From an uncultured virus (IMG/VR IMGVR_UViG_3300046328_001173) (taxonomy: Duplodnaviria > Heunggongvirae > Uroviricota > Caudoviricetes), in IMG/VR virus record IMGVR_UViG_3300046328_001173: 64,000 nt of DNA; one strand, 5' to 3'. The position numbers and the translations under genes were made by a program. Every line of letters begins with the position of its first letter. The first letter of the stretch is position 1. This document shows, piece by piece, positions 20,729 through 33,957 of the stretch. Below the pieces are notes generated by a model. It was not told the origin of the DNA and made no database searches. It was given only the letters and a program-made list of their open reading frames with translations.

Positions 20729-21483
20729 AGATAGAAATTGAATAAAGTGTGAAAAATTTTGATACTATCTATTGATTGTCATACTGATTATTAGTATTGC
20801 AAATGATGGAATATTATCAAAATCTTTCTCAAAATTATAAGAGCTTGGTTACTTTATTTTGGTAGCTAGTTTCTTGTCTATTGAACGATCTTGATTTGAT
20901 TGATACTTTGTATTGATTGGATTTTGAGGTTGTTATATTAAGTTAAAATCCCTTCTTTTTATCGCCATGAAAAATTACACCTTTGTTAAAAGCAAATTTG
21001 CTTCTCGTTGGACAGGTATTGTCTTAGACATCAAAGAAAGAAAAGGTAGAAATCCAGTGTACTTAATTTTAATAATAAAAGATAAGAATGGAATTACACC
21101 TAGAAAAAGAATATTAACAGTTCTGGATTCTTATTGGACAGCAGAAGTAAATAAATTTGATTTGTCTTTTTTAAATAGAGATTGGTTGAAGAATTTACCA
21201 GAATTGTCAAGAATTTAAAATATCTTTCACTTTTAAATTGTTTTTTATGTCTCAAAATATTTTTATCAGAATATTTACTACAATAATAGCGATCATATTC
21301 TCTACATTGATGTACAATTTATACCAATTACAAGGTATGAGTTTGTTTTCCAATTGGGGATTTTGGTTGCTTGTAATATTTGTAGTAGTAAGATTTTTCA
21401 AAGCTATACTGCTTATGAAATCTTAGATTAAGTATAACTTTGTACTATAACAAGGTACTCTCATAAATAAAAAGCATAAAATT

Positions 21484-22131
21484 ATGTCGAAATATCAAAT
21501 GGTTTCGCTACCAACAAAACAGTCGAGCAATATTGGTTTAGTTAATAATGATAAATCAGTATCTTATTAAAAAGGATAACCATTTCAAAAACCACAGCAT
21601 CTATATTTAGTAGATACAAAAGCTGTTATAGAAGTCAATGATTTATTTGTTTCACTTACAGATAAAAGACCTACTTCACTTGAAAAAATGCTTTATAGAT
21701 GTAAAGATAAACGCCATAAAAATAATCTTTTAAAAGACAAAATTTTTGCCAAGAGTATTGCTTCTAGAAATGTTAGTTTAAACTTTCTTGGCATTGCTTT
21801 AATAAAAGACTACGATATAAAAGAGTATATCTCTAATTCTGATCTAGAAATTGAAGAGATTTCTATTGAGCAAGATTATGAAAATACTTGGCGAACAAAT
21901 ATCAAATGGAAGAAAGCTTCCTGTCTTAAATCTTTTGACACTGTAACACTCATTCCAAACCTTAAAGTAGGTGTAGTAAAAGCTACTGTATTAACTATTG
22001 AAAGCGATAGAGTTGTATTATTGCATCAAAATACAATTTGGGTTGCAGGTAAAGATAAAGATATGTATCGTCCATATCCTAAAAGTAGAACCATTGATTT
22101 GGTAGAATTTGCACAAAAAAGTTATCAATAA
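21484..22131 (+). pseudogene. Disrupted member of LPT..S / HLYLVDT N-domain paralog family
   Basis: MSKYQMVSLPTKQSS... stops at ~21567; KPQHLYLVDT then continues into the 21688 ORF. Confidence 0.6.
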
Positions 22132-22184
22132 TAAAAGTTATAACTTGTACTTGTAAACAAGTAAACTTCCTAAACTAAAATAAA

Positions 22185-23729
22185 ATGGAAGCAAATATTT
22201 CTGTCGTATCTAATTGTCGTAACAGTAAGATACAAATTTCTGCAACTTCTGAGTCTTTAAAGAGACACGAAGTTATTTGTGTAGTAACTGATAAGTCTTT
22301 TCGTCATTCAAAAGTAGAAGTTACGTATAAATCTAATTCTTTTAACAAGTTTGAAGATGTATCTGCTTTTGCTGAACATATAATCAAATCAAATGAAGGA
22401 AAAAGATTTTGGTTAATGGTAGCCGAAGCTTACAAAAAAGAAATCAAAAAACTTCAAGATAGACATTGGAACACTTATGATTTCTTTAAATATCAAGCAG
22501 AAGAACTTGATAGCACACAACAAGAACTTTTCAGCGAATATTTCAAAAGAAATTCTGATAGGTTCTATGAAGCAACAAGAAGTTCTTTTTCAATAAATGC
22601 TTTAACACAGCGTATTATTGATGTTCTTGGAGGAGTTTGTAAATAATAGTATGTAAAAGACTTATTTGATTTAAGTAAGTCTTTTATTGAACTAAAACAT
22701 TTGAATCAAAGCTTTAACAATTAAACAATATAAACTTTAAATATTTGTAAAAATGAAAAATAAAATTTCTAGTTGTGCTTCAACTACAAAAGCAATTATT
22801 GATTTTCTTACAAATACTTGTAGAGAAGACGAAGAAGAAGAACTTTTTAATGTTTTTGACAAAATAGCAATAGTTTTTCTTATAAATAGGCATCTACCTG
22901 AAATTTTTATGTGTTGTCAGAATCAAAATCTTTCTTATCAATCACTTAATACTAGAAGTATGTGGATTGGTGATGTAATTGAACTTGAAAATGGCGATAA
23001 ATGGAAAGTTTCAGACATAAACTTTGAAAAACTAATTCCAGAATCAATTCCAGAAGATATCTTAATGATATTAGAAACCTCTTATCAAAGAGTTGAGTCT
23101 GAGTATCAAGAGAAGCTTCTCAAAGGTCAAGAATATCCAGAAGATTCTTTAATGTTTCTTTTTGGTATGTTAGTTGATGGAATCGATAAACTTTTAGTAT
23201 TACAATTTTTAAAAGAGAAAAATCTAAGTTCTATTGTAACAAATAGTTATTGTTATGAGAAGAAGAATTATTTAACTCTTGTAGAGGTATTGGGAAGTAA
23301 TTAGGGTTTTAGTGTTAAGGATTTAAATTAACATAATAAACTATCAATTTTTAAAAAATTTACAGTTTACATTGTTTTCTAACATAAAATGTATTTTCAA
23401 TTATGGCAAATTTAAACACACAATTTGCAGCAGTATTGGTTAAATACTTGCAAGCAGAAAAATTAAATGAATCTAAACTTGTAAAAGAGTTTATTGATTG
23501 TTATTATGAAGAATCTGTAGAGTACATTGGTATTCCAGAAGAATCTACAAGTCAAATGATAGATTTTGCAAAAGGATTTATCAAAAAGAAAATAAAGTGT
23601 ACAGACTGTCAATTTAAAGAAAGAATGGTAGAAATATCTACTTCTGTTGCTTTCATTGAACAAGTGGCTACACAAATTGCTGTTACTTCACAACGTCAAG
23701 AAGTATGTATTTACAAAGGTGAATGTTAA
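22185..23729 (+). other. Three hypothetical CDSs (22185, 22753, 23403)
   Basis: ORF track. Confidence 0.8.
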
Positions 23730-23784
23730 AAATTTGAATATCTAACCCTTAAAAAATCAATTCTAACCTTTAAACTTTAATACT

Positions 23785-24417
23785 ATGTTACCACCATTTG
23801 AACAAAAGGTGTTGCGTCTTGCTATTTATAATCCAAAACAAATGATAAATAGTATTAAATGTTTTAGTAATGTTGCACACGCATATTCTATACTTGATAA
23901 ATATTTTCCTATGAGAGTAGGAATTGAAATTGAAGGTATAATTAGTCATAATTTTGAATTTGAAAAGAATGTTTTACCAAAAACAGGTGAAATGTTTTAT
24001 GATCAATCTTCTAATGCCTTTGAAATTAGATTTTCTTTTGAAGGGTTTAAATATCTATCCAGACTTTTATTGTTTATGGAATCTTTCGTACCTAATTATG
24101 AGTACGGTATTCATATACATATAGACGGAAAAGGTATTGATATTAATAATTCAAAAGTATTTCCAAATGATTTAGTAGCTTACTTAATCGATGTATTTAA
24201 GTATAAGGGTAAATACAATACTCCTTGTGCTTCAAATGCTAAGACAGCAGTAAAATTTCATCAGAAGTATAAAAGCATTGAATACAGAATATTTCATATG
24301 ACTAACTCATACTCAGAAATAGTTCGTTGGATTCTAATTCTACAATATTGTAATCATTGTTTAAGACAACAAATACAGTGGAATAAAAATAAAATCCAGG
24401 AATTTATTAATCTTTGA
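23785..24417 (+). CDS. Putative amidoligase (COOH-NH2 ligase/GCS-fold)
   Basis: VGIEIEG, GIHIHID and SIEYR motifs. Confidence 0.65.
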   Translation: MLPPFEQKVLRLAIYNPKQMINSIKCFSNVAHAYSILDKYFPMRVGIEIEGIISHNFEFEKNVLPKTGEMFYDQSSNAFEIRFSFEGFKYLSRLLLFMESFVPNYEYGIHIHIDGKGIDINNSKVFPNDLVAYLIDVFKYKGKYNTPCASNAKTAVKFHQKYKSIEYRIFHMTNSYSEIVRWILILQYCNHCLRQQIQWNKNKIQEFINL

Positions 24418-24799
24418 TGTGATAACTACTTATTTATATTGTAAGTAGTGAATAGTCTTTTGTTTCTAGTCTATTTTTAAGATATTATTAATAATTGAGA
24501 AGGTTTATATAATAGTTACTGTTTTAAGTAGCGCCTTCTATTACAATATAGAGAGTAATTAACTCTATATAGGTATAATCAATTATTCAATATAAATAAT
24601 ATCTTAGAATGTTGTAGCTGTAAAAAATGGCCGATTTTATAGTCTATCTAGTAAACCACTGAAACTAATGTTGTATATTAGTGTAAGTACCTTTTTATTT
24701 ATATTATAATTTATATTAGTTACTTTATATGATTATCAACCTATAAACTTACTAATTGCCTGAATGTTGTAAATAGTAATAATATAACAGTGTCAATAT

Positions 24800-24872
24800 G
24801 GAAATGTAGCTTAATCGGTAGAATATTATGCTTATAACATAAAGGTACTGAGATCGTAACCCAGCATTTCCA
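24800..24872 (+). tRNA. tRNA with TAT anticodon (Ile-UAU, or decayed Met/Ile-CAU); arms carry mismatches
   Basis: GGAAATG/CATTTCC; TTATG-CTTATAA-CATAA; CTGAG-ATCGTAA-CCCAG; ends A-CAA. Confidence 0.75.
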
Positions 24873-24903
24873 CAATAAAGTCATTTAAATAAATTTTTAC
24901 CCA

Positions 24904-26303
24904 ATGAATACTCAAAAAATGGAATTAAAAGCTTACATTTTTAATAAAAAAATTCAATTTGGAGTTGATAGTTCAATATACTTAGCTGAATCTTTAGAAC
25001 AAGCTATTGCTATATTTGAATTGGACAATGAAGTAGTTTACAAAGGAGTTAAAAAACTTCGTGGTTATGTTGGTAATGAATTTTATGATTATGAATTTTA
25101 TGATTATGAATTTGAAGATACTTGTGAAGTTCTTACAGACAAAAACACTTATTATTCTATTGATGAAAAGGAACTTATAAAAGGTTTTCTAAATCAATCG
25201 TCTTATTTAGAATAATTGATAACAAGGTTATACTTTCTACCTATTTTAAAAGAGAGTGTTTAAATAATTTTCTAAATATGAAAATCAAGCCAATATTGTT
25301 AGCTCATTTTAAACAAAATGGTTTAACTGTTTATCGTTCTGCTAAAAAAGTTCTTTTAGAAAAAAATGATCAAAATGACGTAGACCCAACAATTGGGACA
25401 ATTATTTTTGTTAAAATGCCTGGATTTAGAGTAAAAGCTTTCATTGATGGGAAAATTGCCAGTGTGTTACTCGTAGAATTTAGTAGATTTTCTGATCATA
25501 TTTCTAATCCAGAAGAAGCTTTGAAACTTGTAGGTCTTGATGATAAAGCAATAGAGAAAATAAACTCTTGGAAAAGAAGTCTTGCTTGGAAAAAAGGCGG
25601 ACCAATTGAAAAAGATTGGAATTTCACAGTAGAAGCCTACGAATACTCTGATTTTTCTTGGGAAAATTGTACAGTAGAAGTTTCTATTCCAGGTCAACAT
25701 ATTTTTGATGTAGAAATAAATTTAGAGGATTCTTCTATTATTGCTACAATAACTTTCAAAGACGCCGAAGGTTATATACAAAACATTGAACAAGAGTTAA
25801 ATTATTAAATTCTTCAATACTTTTTCAGTTAAACCAATTTGTCTTATGTTAAAATATCCGCCACAGATTCCTTATAATGAAGCTGAAGCAGACAAATTAC
25901 ACGAATAACTTGTTCTTAATATTCAAGACACTATTTGTAAAAAAGTAGAAACTTGGAAATCAGAAAGCACAAAAAATATTGAATTATTGACTGCTGCAGA
26001 AATATATTGGTTAGTTAAATATTTGAAAACTCGCACACAATTTTTTACGAAATAAAAATCAATAATATGGCTTTAAAATATGTAGAAATTTATAATTGTC
26101 TTAATGATGATTTAAAAACTACAACACCTCAAATTGAACTAATAATTCCAAATGTTTTGGGTAGATTACATAAAGTAATCGCAAATTTTGACGGTGAAAA
26201 ATTTATTGTTGTCAAAAACAATCCAAATTATCGCAAAAAGATAAGACTTCACGCAGATAGACTTGGATTAGTTCAAAGAGGAAATCATTTTTACTATAAA
26301 TAG
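24904..26303 (+). other. Hypothetical CDSs (24904, 25278, ~25846, 26067)
   Basis: ORF track plus one unlisted ORF. Confidence 0.75.
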
Positions 26304-26385
26304 AAGTCAATTTTTTTTAAAAACTTTCCACAGTGTATGAGTAATATAAGACACTGTAAATTCCACTTTTTAAACTTCTCAAAAG

Positions 26386-27092
26386 ATGTTAGAACTAATA
26401 ATGCTTCCGACTAATGAAGAAAGTCAAATACTCTCTGAATTTAGTAGTGAAATTCCACAATTTGGTTATAATCGTAGTAGATATTCGCACCAAAATCATT
26501 TTTTGTATTTGGTTGATACTTATCCGGGAATATTTGCAAATGAACCAGCAATATTCTATAATTTAGAAAGTACAGGTAAATATAGTAGTACTCCCGAGTT
26601 GATTCTTGCTAAACCTGGGATACTTATAGGTAAATACCTAAAATCATTGGTACAAATGATTTAAGTCTTGGTTTGCCTGCATTTCATCCTGAGTTTCTTC
26701 AAACGTATTGCAATAATCCTCATATTAAGCTTCTACCAGATATAATGTACGATATAAGACACGAAAAATTTGTACACGGTTCAACTGTTTGGACTACTGT
26801 TGTAAATACTGTGAAGTATAAAGAAGCAGTAAGATGTGCTGGTTTTGAAGATTATGCTACAATACGAGTAACTGTTTTTATAAAGGAAGATAAAATTGTT
26901 GATCAACTTACAAATTCTTCAATGATTCAATTACTTGAAAATTTTCGTAAACAATACGCTGCAACTACTTCTGCTGATATACAAACATTTGTTCTTGGTA
27001 TGCAATCAAGAGAAAAAGAAATTCTTGATTTACAAAACAAAATCAAAAGTATTCGCAGTAGTTTTTCTGAATTAAGTAAATTATTTTTTTAA
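26386..27092 (+). pseudogene. Frameshifted member of LPT..S N-domain paralog family
   Basis: MLELIMLPTNEESQ...FLYLVDT; shifts near 26635 into PKIIGTNDLSLGLPAFHPEFLQTYCNNP. Confidence 0.7.
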
Positions 27093-27554
27093 CAAACTTC
27101 CAATGATTAACCAACAAATAAGAGAAATATCCTTCTCTCAATTACCAAATAATTCTTTTGAATTATCTTATGCAGGTATTTTACAAGAATTCTCATTAGT
27201 CAATCAATTTGGTGTTTTAGACATCAGAGGCAATTTGAATTACGCTTTATCTATATTTAAGCAATCTTTTTATGAAGGAGCTAGTAATCATAATCCTTTG
27301 TTAAGTGTGCCAAATATAGATAAAGATTCTAAAACACTTTTAGAGAAAAAACTAGATGAAGCTTTTGATGTAAAACCTATCGATTTTTCGAAATATTTTA
27401 AAGGGTTTATCTAAAAAAGTTTTCGTAATATTTTTATTCAATCTAAGACACTATTATTTTATTTGATGAATTTCATTAGTAAGATTAGATTGTTTCTTAA
27501 ATTGTTTCTTTTGTATTAAATTCAAAATACTTCACCAATAAATCTTTTCATAAA

Positions 27555-28031
27555 ATGAAAAAATCTTTGACAATTTTTAATATTGTATTGAGTTCTATTC
27601 TATTTTCTACAAGTGTATTTGCACAAACAAAAATAGAAAATCTTATTTTAGAGACAGTCAATTATGATAGTCTTGTAAGCAAGAAGTTTACTTGGAATCT
27701 AGCTCAAAGAAAGTCTTTTCAGTTGCAAGTAAAAGCAATAGAGAATTATAAAGAACTTTCTATAAACACGCCAATCACTATTACAATACAACCAACACAA
27801 AATTACCCATTTGAAATCAATTTAGATTCAAAAAGATATGTGTTGTATTCTATTGTTTCAAGTAAATCAAATGTTGTGGTTTCTTATTTAATTGCATCAA
27901 TTGATTCAGAATTTGGTAATAGTGGGGAATCTTCTTTTGAGTTTAATCCTAATAGAACAGGAATTTACTACTTGAAAACGAAGAATTGTAAATGTTCTTT
28001 TAAACCTGTGTTTGTTAGAGCATTAAAATAG
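27555..28031 (+). CDS. Secreted hypothetical protein
   Basis: Signal peptide ending VFA-Q. Confidence 0.75.
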   Translation: MKKSLTIFNIVLSSILFSTSVFAQTKIENLILETVNYDSLVSKKFTWNLAQRKSFQLQVKAIENYKELSINTPITITIQPTQNYPFEINLDSKRYVLYSIVSSKSNVVVSYLIASIDSEFGNSGESSFEFNPNRTGIYYLKTKNCKCSFKPVFVRALK

Positions 28032-28759
28032 TAAAACCAGTATTCAAGTAGTCAAATATTCAAGTATTCTAATGTTATAATTTACAATAGAGTACTTGAA
28101 TAAAATTATTTATTAAAATGGCTTTGAAACACAATCCAACAAATCTATTTGGTTTGTAGTGCGTTCTTTAACAAAGAAGAAATGGTTTCAAAATACTAGA
28201 AATCAAAATCACACACAAAATACTTACTCTTATGAAATTCTCTTGGAACACACCACAAGCTAACAAAGCAAAAGTGGAAAAACAACTCTCACACTTTTCT
28301 GTTGGAGATATAGTAAAAATTACTGATTGTAATAATTCCAGAAAAGGGCTAGATAAAAATGGTCGTACTGGAATTGTTACAAGAACTACCGAGACTCAAG
28401 TTGAAATTCAGCTTCATTGCACTACAACAGGTGGAAATGAAACAAAGTCTGAATTTATAGTTGAGTTAGGTCGGTATGTTGGTATTACGAATGTAAAACA
28501 ATGGTTTAACAAAAATCAAATTCAATTATGTTAATTTACGAATTGTACAATCCTTTAAACAGCACTTCATTAGGTTTCTATTCTACTGAAATTGAATGTC
28601 ATAAGACAGCTGATGCTAAAGGATTGATTAATTATGAAATAGTAACTTGTGAAAGTTCTTTTAAAGAATTAGTAAGAATAGTTACTGTTTCATATTCTAT
28701 TGAAATAAAAGGTTGATATTTTCTACCCTTTTAAAAAAAATACCGAAAATAACATTTTT

Positions 28760-29377
28760 ATGGAAACACAATTGAAATTAGTTGTATCGTCTACAACTTC
28801 ACCGACTCACATTTATAAATTAAATGGAAAGTTTTATTGGTCGGACATACTAATCACTAATAAAACTAAAAAATTGGTTTTTGGTGATACAGATTTAGAG
28901 ACTATTGAGGTACATTTAATAGATACTCAGTTTGTTGTAGAAGAAGGAAGAGATTTCTTTATTGATGTAAATAGTATACACAAAAATAAAGCTTATTTTT
29001 ATTCTAAAATACCCCCAGAAAATAAAATCAAGATACTTGCTTCTACAAACTATGAGTTAAGATTACCACCAATCCCTGATTTTGTAATAAAAACTTTGGT
29101 CGAAAATCAAGACATAGAAATTTCTAGTGTTGATATAGATGGTTACAACTATCTTATGAATAGAATAGAAACTTTTGATAGAGCTATCAATAGAAATGTT
29201 CAAGAAGGTATATGTACAAAAGCTTCTGATTCACGTTTTTACAAAGATATGCTATTAGAAATGTCTGAATTACATAATTTCTTGAATACTCTTGGTAGAT
29301 TCGTTATTTTGAAACAACCAACAAAAGAAATTTCAGATTTAGTTGATTTTTATATCACATTACCAACCATAGAATAA
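28760..29377 (+). CDS. Hypothetical protein, LPT..S N-domain family member
   Basis: VHLIDT ... KILAST...LPPIP....L.EN similarity to 21484, 26386 and 33187. Confidence 0.7.
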   Translation: METQLKLVVSSTTSPTHIYKLNGKFYWSDILITNKTKKLVFGDTDLETIEVHLIDTQFVVEEGRDFFIDVNSIHKNKAYFYSKIPPENKIKILASTNYELRLPPIPDFVIKTLVENQDIEISSVDIDGYNYLMNRIETFDRAINRNVQEGICTKASDSRFYKDMLLEMSELHNFLNTLGRFVILKQPTKEISDLVDFYITLPTIE

Positions 29378-29396
29378 ACTTTAAAATATATCCACC

Positions 29397-29936
29397 ATGA
29401 ACCCATTTACAGAAAACAAAATTGTAGAACACTCTACAAGAAGTCTTAGAGAGCTTATCGGCACCTTTTGGGAATATTATGACTTTGAAGTTAATATTTC
29501 TCTTGGTAACATCCAAAGAAATGAATCTTGGAAAGAATCTGCTACACAACTTGGTCTAGATCCTTATACATATCATAAAGCACTAATAAATAGTATTTTT
29601 GATAATGTTGATATAGGTGTGATTACCTTGGAAGAATCTTCTTATACAAGTGATTTTAAAGTTATTGATGGTAAACATCGTCTTAAAGCCATTAAATCAT
29701 TTCTAGAAAATGAATTTAGTGTCAATAGATTTGGTGTAGAACTATTCTGGAACGATATTTTGCAATTATATCAAAGGGAATTTACAGGCAAAACTATTCA
29801 AGTCTCTTTTACTAAAAAAGGATTGACTGAATTAGAATTGTGTGAACTATTTCTTGCTAAGAATAATATAAGTGTGCCTCAAAGTGAAGAACATTTGGAA
29901 AAAATCAAAGATTGGGTGAGTAAATTGAGTCAGTAA
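29397..29936 (+). CDS. DUF262 (ParB/Srx-like) domain protein
   Basis: QR...W ... LI.SI ... IG.I ... VIDGKHRL.AI..F. Confidence 0.8.
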   Translation: MNPFTENKIVEHSTRSLRELIGTFWEYYDFEVNISLGNIQRNESWKESATQLGLDPYTYHKALINSIFDNVDIGVITLEESSYTSDFKVIDGKHRLKAIKSFLENEFSVNRFGVELFWNDILQLYQREFTGKTIQVSFTKKGLTELELCELFLAKNNISVPQSEEHLEKIKDWVSKLSQ

Positions 29937-30221
29937 TACAATTCAAAATTATTTTAATAGCTTAAATAAAAAATAAGATTTAATTTGATTCAACTCATTT
30001 CTTATTCTTTATTTAGATCACACGGCAATCTTACCGCTTAGTAATAAAGATATTTAATTTATCTTTAAGAATAGTGCAGGAACAATAATAAGACATAAAG
30101 TAATTTATGGTATGGTTTGTCGCCGTACGTTGCCACAAATTAGTACAGTTTGGTATAATAAAACTGTTATATTGGGGAGTACCCTAAGTAAAAATTACAA
30201 TAAACTGACCATCAAATCAAA

Positions 30222-30653
30222 TTAAAACCATTTACATTCAAATATAATCCTTTCACTAACATCGAATCAAAAGATGTAGAGGATTATACATTAGGAAATT
30301 GGGGAACTATTGAAATAGTTTCTAATCCTACGCCTTACAAGAATTTACCTGAGAGTGAATACCTTGTTAGAAGTAATCAGAAAGCACATTGCAAAGAATA
30401 TCACTTATTTAAAGGTCTTTGGTATCTAATAAATACGGAAACCGTTAATAATGGTAGATATACTTGTAGTGTTGGTACTTACAACCTATTTCCTTGTATG
30501 AAAGAAAGTGAATGGAAAGCACCTCAAAATAAGAATGTGTTTAACAAATTTAGTAAATACTGGAAAAGAATGGTTGTTGATCATTATCATTGGAAAGAGT
30601 GTAGAAAATTGTATAGAGAGTGTTTCTTATACAGATCTTCTCTTTCAGAATAA
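30222..30653 (+). pseudogene. ~140-codon open frame lacking a start codon
   Basis: Stop-free frame PFTFKYNPFTNIESK...RSSLSE* with no upstream ATG. Confidence 0.5.
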
Positions 30654-31393
30654 TTTTAAACTCAGTAATATTTTTGATAACTGCTCAAAACTATGACAAA
30701 ACAAGAAGTATTCAATAAAATTGATAATTTAACTTGTCAAGTTGAATTTACAACAGATTTAGATGCTGTTGTTGAAAGTATGTTGAAATCTCATGAAAAT
30801 TATTTTCTTGAACTTAATAGTAAAGTTAAAGATATAATTGAAAAAAAGGTTAAGTATCTTAAAACAGATAATTATGCTAGATGTTTTGTACCTATTACTT
30901 TTGTTGATGTTTGTAATTGGCAGAAAGAATTGTATAAGTATAAACAATCAACAATCAAGTACTGGTTAAAAGATATAACTTTTAGATTAAATAACAGTGA
31001 AAAACGATGTTTAATAAATCCTCTTACTTCTCAAAAACATTTTGATCTCAATGAAAAATTAAAAAATCTATCAAATCCTCACATTAGTTTAGGTCTTAGA
31101 GATTTTTGTCTTGAAAATTTGAAGACAGTATGTTTTTCTGTTTCAGATTTAACTTACAATTGTATGGAAGAATATGAATCAGGTGCTGTAAGTTTAGATG
31201 GTACGTACAAGTCTTTTCATTTTGAAAACACAAAACAAAGATTAGCTGAATGGTATAAAATCTTTATTACAATTCAATTCTTCAAGGATTTTAATGAAGT
31301 TCTTGGAATGATTGTAGTTAATGTGCTTTCTTATGCTCTTATAGGAAAGTATTTGGTTATTAGTAATTCAACATTTTTAAACTAACTAGATTT

Positions 31394-31825
31394 ATGACAT
31401 CGTTGTAGAAATTTGTCACAAAAAGAAAAGTTTTGTGCACAAACATTGACAGATATAAAATTTTTAGAGAAGGACCAAAATTAAAAATTTCAGAATTTGG
31501 CGATTTTTTGAAATACGTATATATTTTTCACAAGAAAAACTTAGTAGGAAATTTAGTTAAAACAGTAAGGAAGTTAACTAAAATTCAAATATTTCAATAT
31601 AATTCATCAAATTACACACTTTGTGATATTAAAATAACTAACAGTGGACAATTTGACGATTTTAAACAATATGGTCAAACACAATTTAGATTATTTTTTT
31701 TAGACTTAGAATATCTTTTTAATATTGATTTGAGTTTATTTGAACAATTTATAAATCAAGATTATTATGATTTCGAATTTACAGAGTATAAGTTGTTAGA
31801 TAAAATCAGAGTAAAACCTTTTTAA
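31394..31825 (+). pseudogene. Hypothetical gene with early in-frame TAG
   Basis: ATG 31394, TAG 31406, in frame with the 31433 ORF. Confidence 0.55.
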
Positions 31826-31836
31826 ATTTTACAACA

Positions 31837-33175
31837 ATGAAAAACAATTTATAGTTAATAGCAGAAAAATTTCATTCTTTTAACATACAATCTTATTTTG
31901 TACGTGGTTTTGTTAGAGATGTATTATTGGGTATCAAATCAGACGATATTGATATTTGTCTTGTTGGAGCTACAAAAGAACAAGTAATGAAAGTATTACG
32001 TTCTTTTCCATTTCTATTATCTGTTGCAGAAGAAGTGGGAAATAATTTTCCTGTTTGGATTGCTGACATTGAAAGATTTGGTAAAATAGATTTTGCTCTT
32101 GCAAGAGGTGAAAAAAAAATTGGTATAACTCGTCAAGATTTTGAATGTACAACTGAGGCTATTACTATTGAAGAAGATCTTCTTAGAAGAGATTTGACTA
32201 TCAATAGTATAGCTAAAAATGTACTCACAGAAGAATTAATAGACCTTTTTAATGGTGTTCAACATCTTAAAAATAGGTTAGCTCATCCTACATCAGAAGC
32301 ATTTGCAAAAGATAGTTTAAGAGTACTAAAAGCAGCAAGATTTTGTAGTAGATTTGATTTGAAACCTTCTCAATCGTTAATAGATATATGCAGCAATTTA
32401 AAACCTACTGATATTTCTAATGAAAGAGTTGGAATGGAATTGTATAAAGCAATGAAACAAGCTATAAAACCTTCAATATTTTTTAATTTCTTACGTGAAG
32501 TGAATTGGTTAGGATATTTTTTAAAGAGCTTGAAGATTTAATTAAGATTCTTCAATCACCAATCTATCACCCTGAAGGAGATGCTTATACTCATACTATG
32601 CTTTCTATAGATGAAGCAACTGATTATTTTACTAGAATTGTGATGTTATGTCACGATTTAGGTAAAGCTGTAAATACTACTATTTCTGAAGACGGTTTTA
32701 TACGATCAATAGGTCACGAAGTTGCTAGTGTGCCTCTTTCACTAGAAATGATGAAAAGAATACATTTATTGGATTATAAGTTTCAAGAACAAGTATCTTT
32801 GTTGGTAAAACTTCACATGATTCACACACAGAATATTTCAGAAAAAATAGTAAGAAAAACTTTACGTCAATTGTTGAATAAAGGTCTATTTTATGAAAAT
32901 TTAGTTGAAGTTTGTCGTTGTGATGTATCAGGTAGAACACCTTTACTTAAACATACTCCTGATATAGGACAAGTTAGAGCAAAAGAATTGTTAGAACAAG
33001 GTTTAATGGTTCCAATAGTTACAGGTAACCTTTTAGTCTCATTAGGTATGAAACCAAGTAAACAAATGGAAGATTTTATTAAAAAGCACTAGAATTTCAA
33101 GATAGGGGTATACTAAATTCTAGTAACTGGAAAGCTGTTATGAAAGGTGCTGGTTTTGTTATTCAATCATTTTAA
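31837..33175 (+). pseudogene. cca: tRNA nucleotidyltransferase (CCA-adding, class II) with HD domain, disrupted
   Basis: VRD.LLG...DDID, DFALAR.E, EEDL.RRDLTIN, HPEGD..TH, CHDLGK; TAG at 31852, frameshifts in T-run ~32520 and A-run ~33083. Confidence 0.9.
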
Positions 33176-33186
33176 AAACTAAAAAA

Positions 33187-33957
33187 ATGGAAAATCAATT
33201 TAAAGTAGTTTTAAGACCTACTGAAAAACCAAGTCAATTGTATAAAGACTCTCAAGGTAAGTTACAATTTGGAGTTAATATTCAAAGAACTTCACCAGAC
33301 ATCTCTCAAGACTTGCATATAGTAGATACAACACTTCCAATAAAAGGTTGGGCAATTCCTATAAATCAAAATGATGGAAGAATTATATGTTATCAAGGTA
33401 TTTGTTCAACAAGTCTTGATAAACTTCTTATTCCTTCTGAAACTTTTTTAAAATCTTATTGTGAAAACCCAGAAATGGAAATTACAGAAGGTTGTTGGTT
33501 TGAAGCAAATTCTGACAAATGGATTAACAGTATCACTATTTCAGAGTTCTTTAACAAGACTTTTACTTGGAATGATTTATCTCAAGTAAATATTCTTACA
33601 GGACTCAACGGAACAGGTAAAACAACTGTGCTAGATCGTGTTTGGTCGCATAAATACTTTGCTTCAACAGTAAAGATATCAGGTAATTTAGGTAAGATTG
33701 ATTATTTGAATACTAAAAGAACTATTTCTAATGGTTTAGAAGCATTAGATAGTATATTTAACGCAGCTAAATCTTGTGATATATTGTTAATTGACGATAC
33801 AGAGAAAAATCTTGATTTATTGACTCAAAGGACACTTATTTCACAAATAGTAAAAATTAATTCTAATATTCAGTTGTTTATTACAACTCACTCACCTAGC
33901 ACATATTTAGAAAATTACATAGGTAATAGGTTTGTAATAGGTGAGTTGATTTCATAG
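33187..33957 (+). CDS. ABC-type AAA ATPase fused to the LPT..S family N-domain
   Basis: GLNGTGKT, LLIDD.E..L, QLFITTHSP. Confidence 0.75.
   Translation: MENQFKVVLRPTEKPSQLYKDSQGKLQFGVNIQRTSPDISQDLHIVDTTLPIKGWAIPINQNDGRIICYQGICSTSLDKLLIPSETFLKSYCENPEMEITEGCWFEANSDKWINSITISEFFNKTFTWNDLSQVNILTGLNGTGKTTVLDRVWSHKYFASTVKISGNLGKIDYLNTKRTISNGLEALDSIFNAAKSCDILLIDDTEKNLDLLTQRTLISQIVKINSNIQLFITTHSPSTYLENYIGNRFVIGELIS

Noticed and set aside
25078..25113. 15-nt tandem duplication (EFYDY x2) in ORF 24904
   Set aside because: An ordinary in-frame slippage duplication with no sign of a system.
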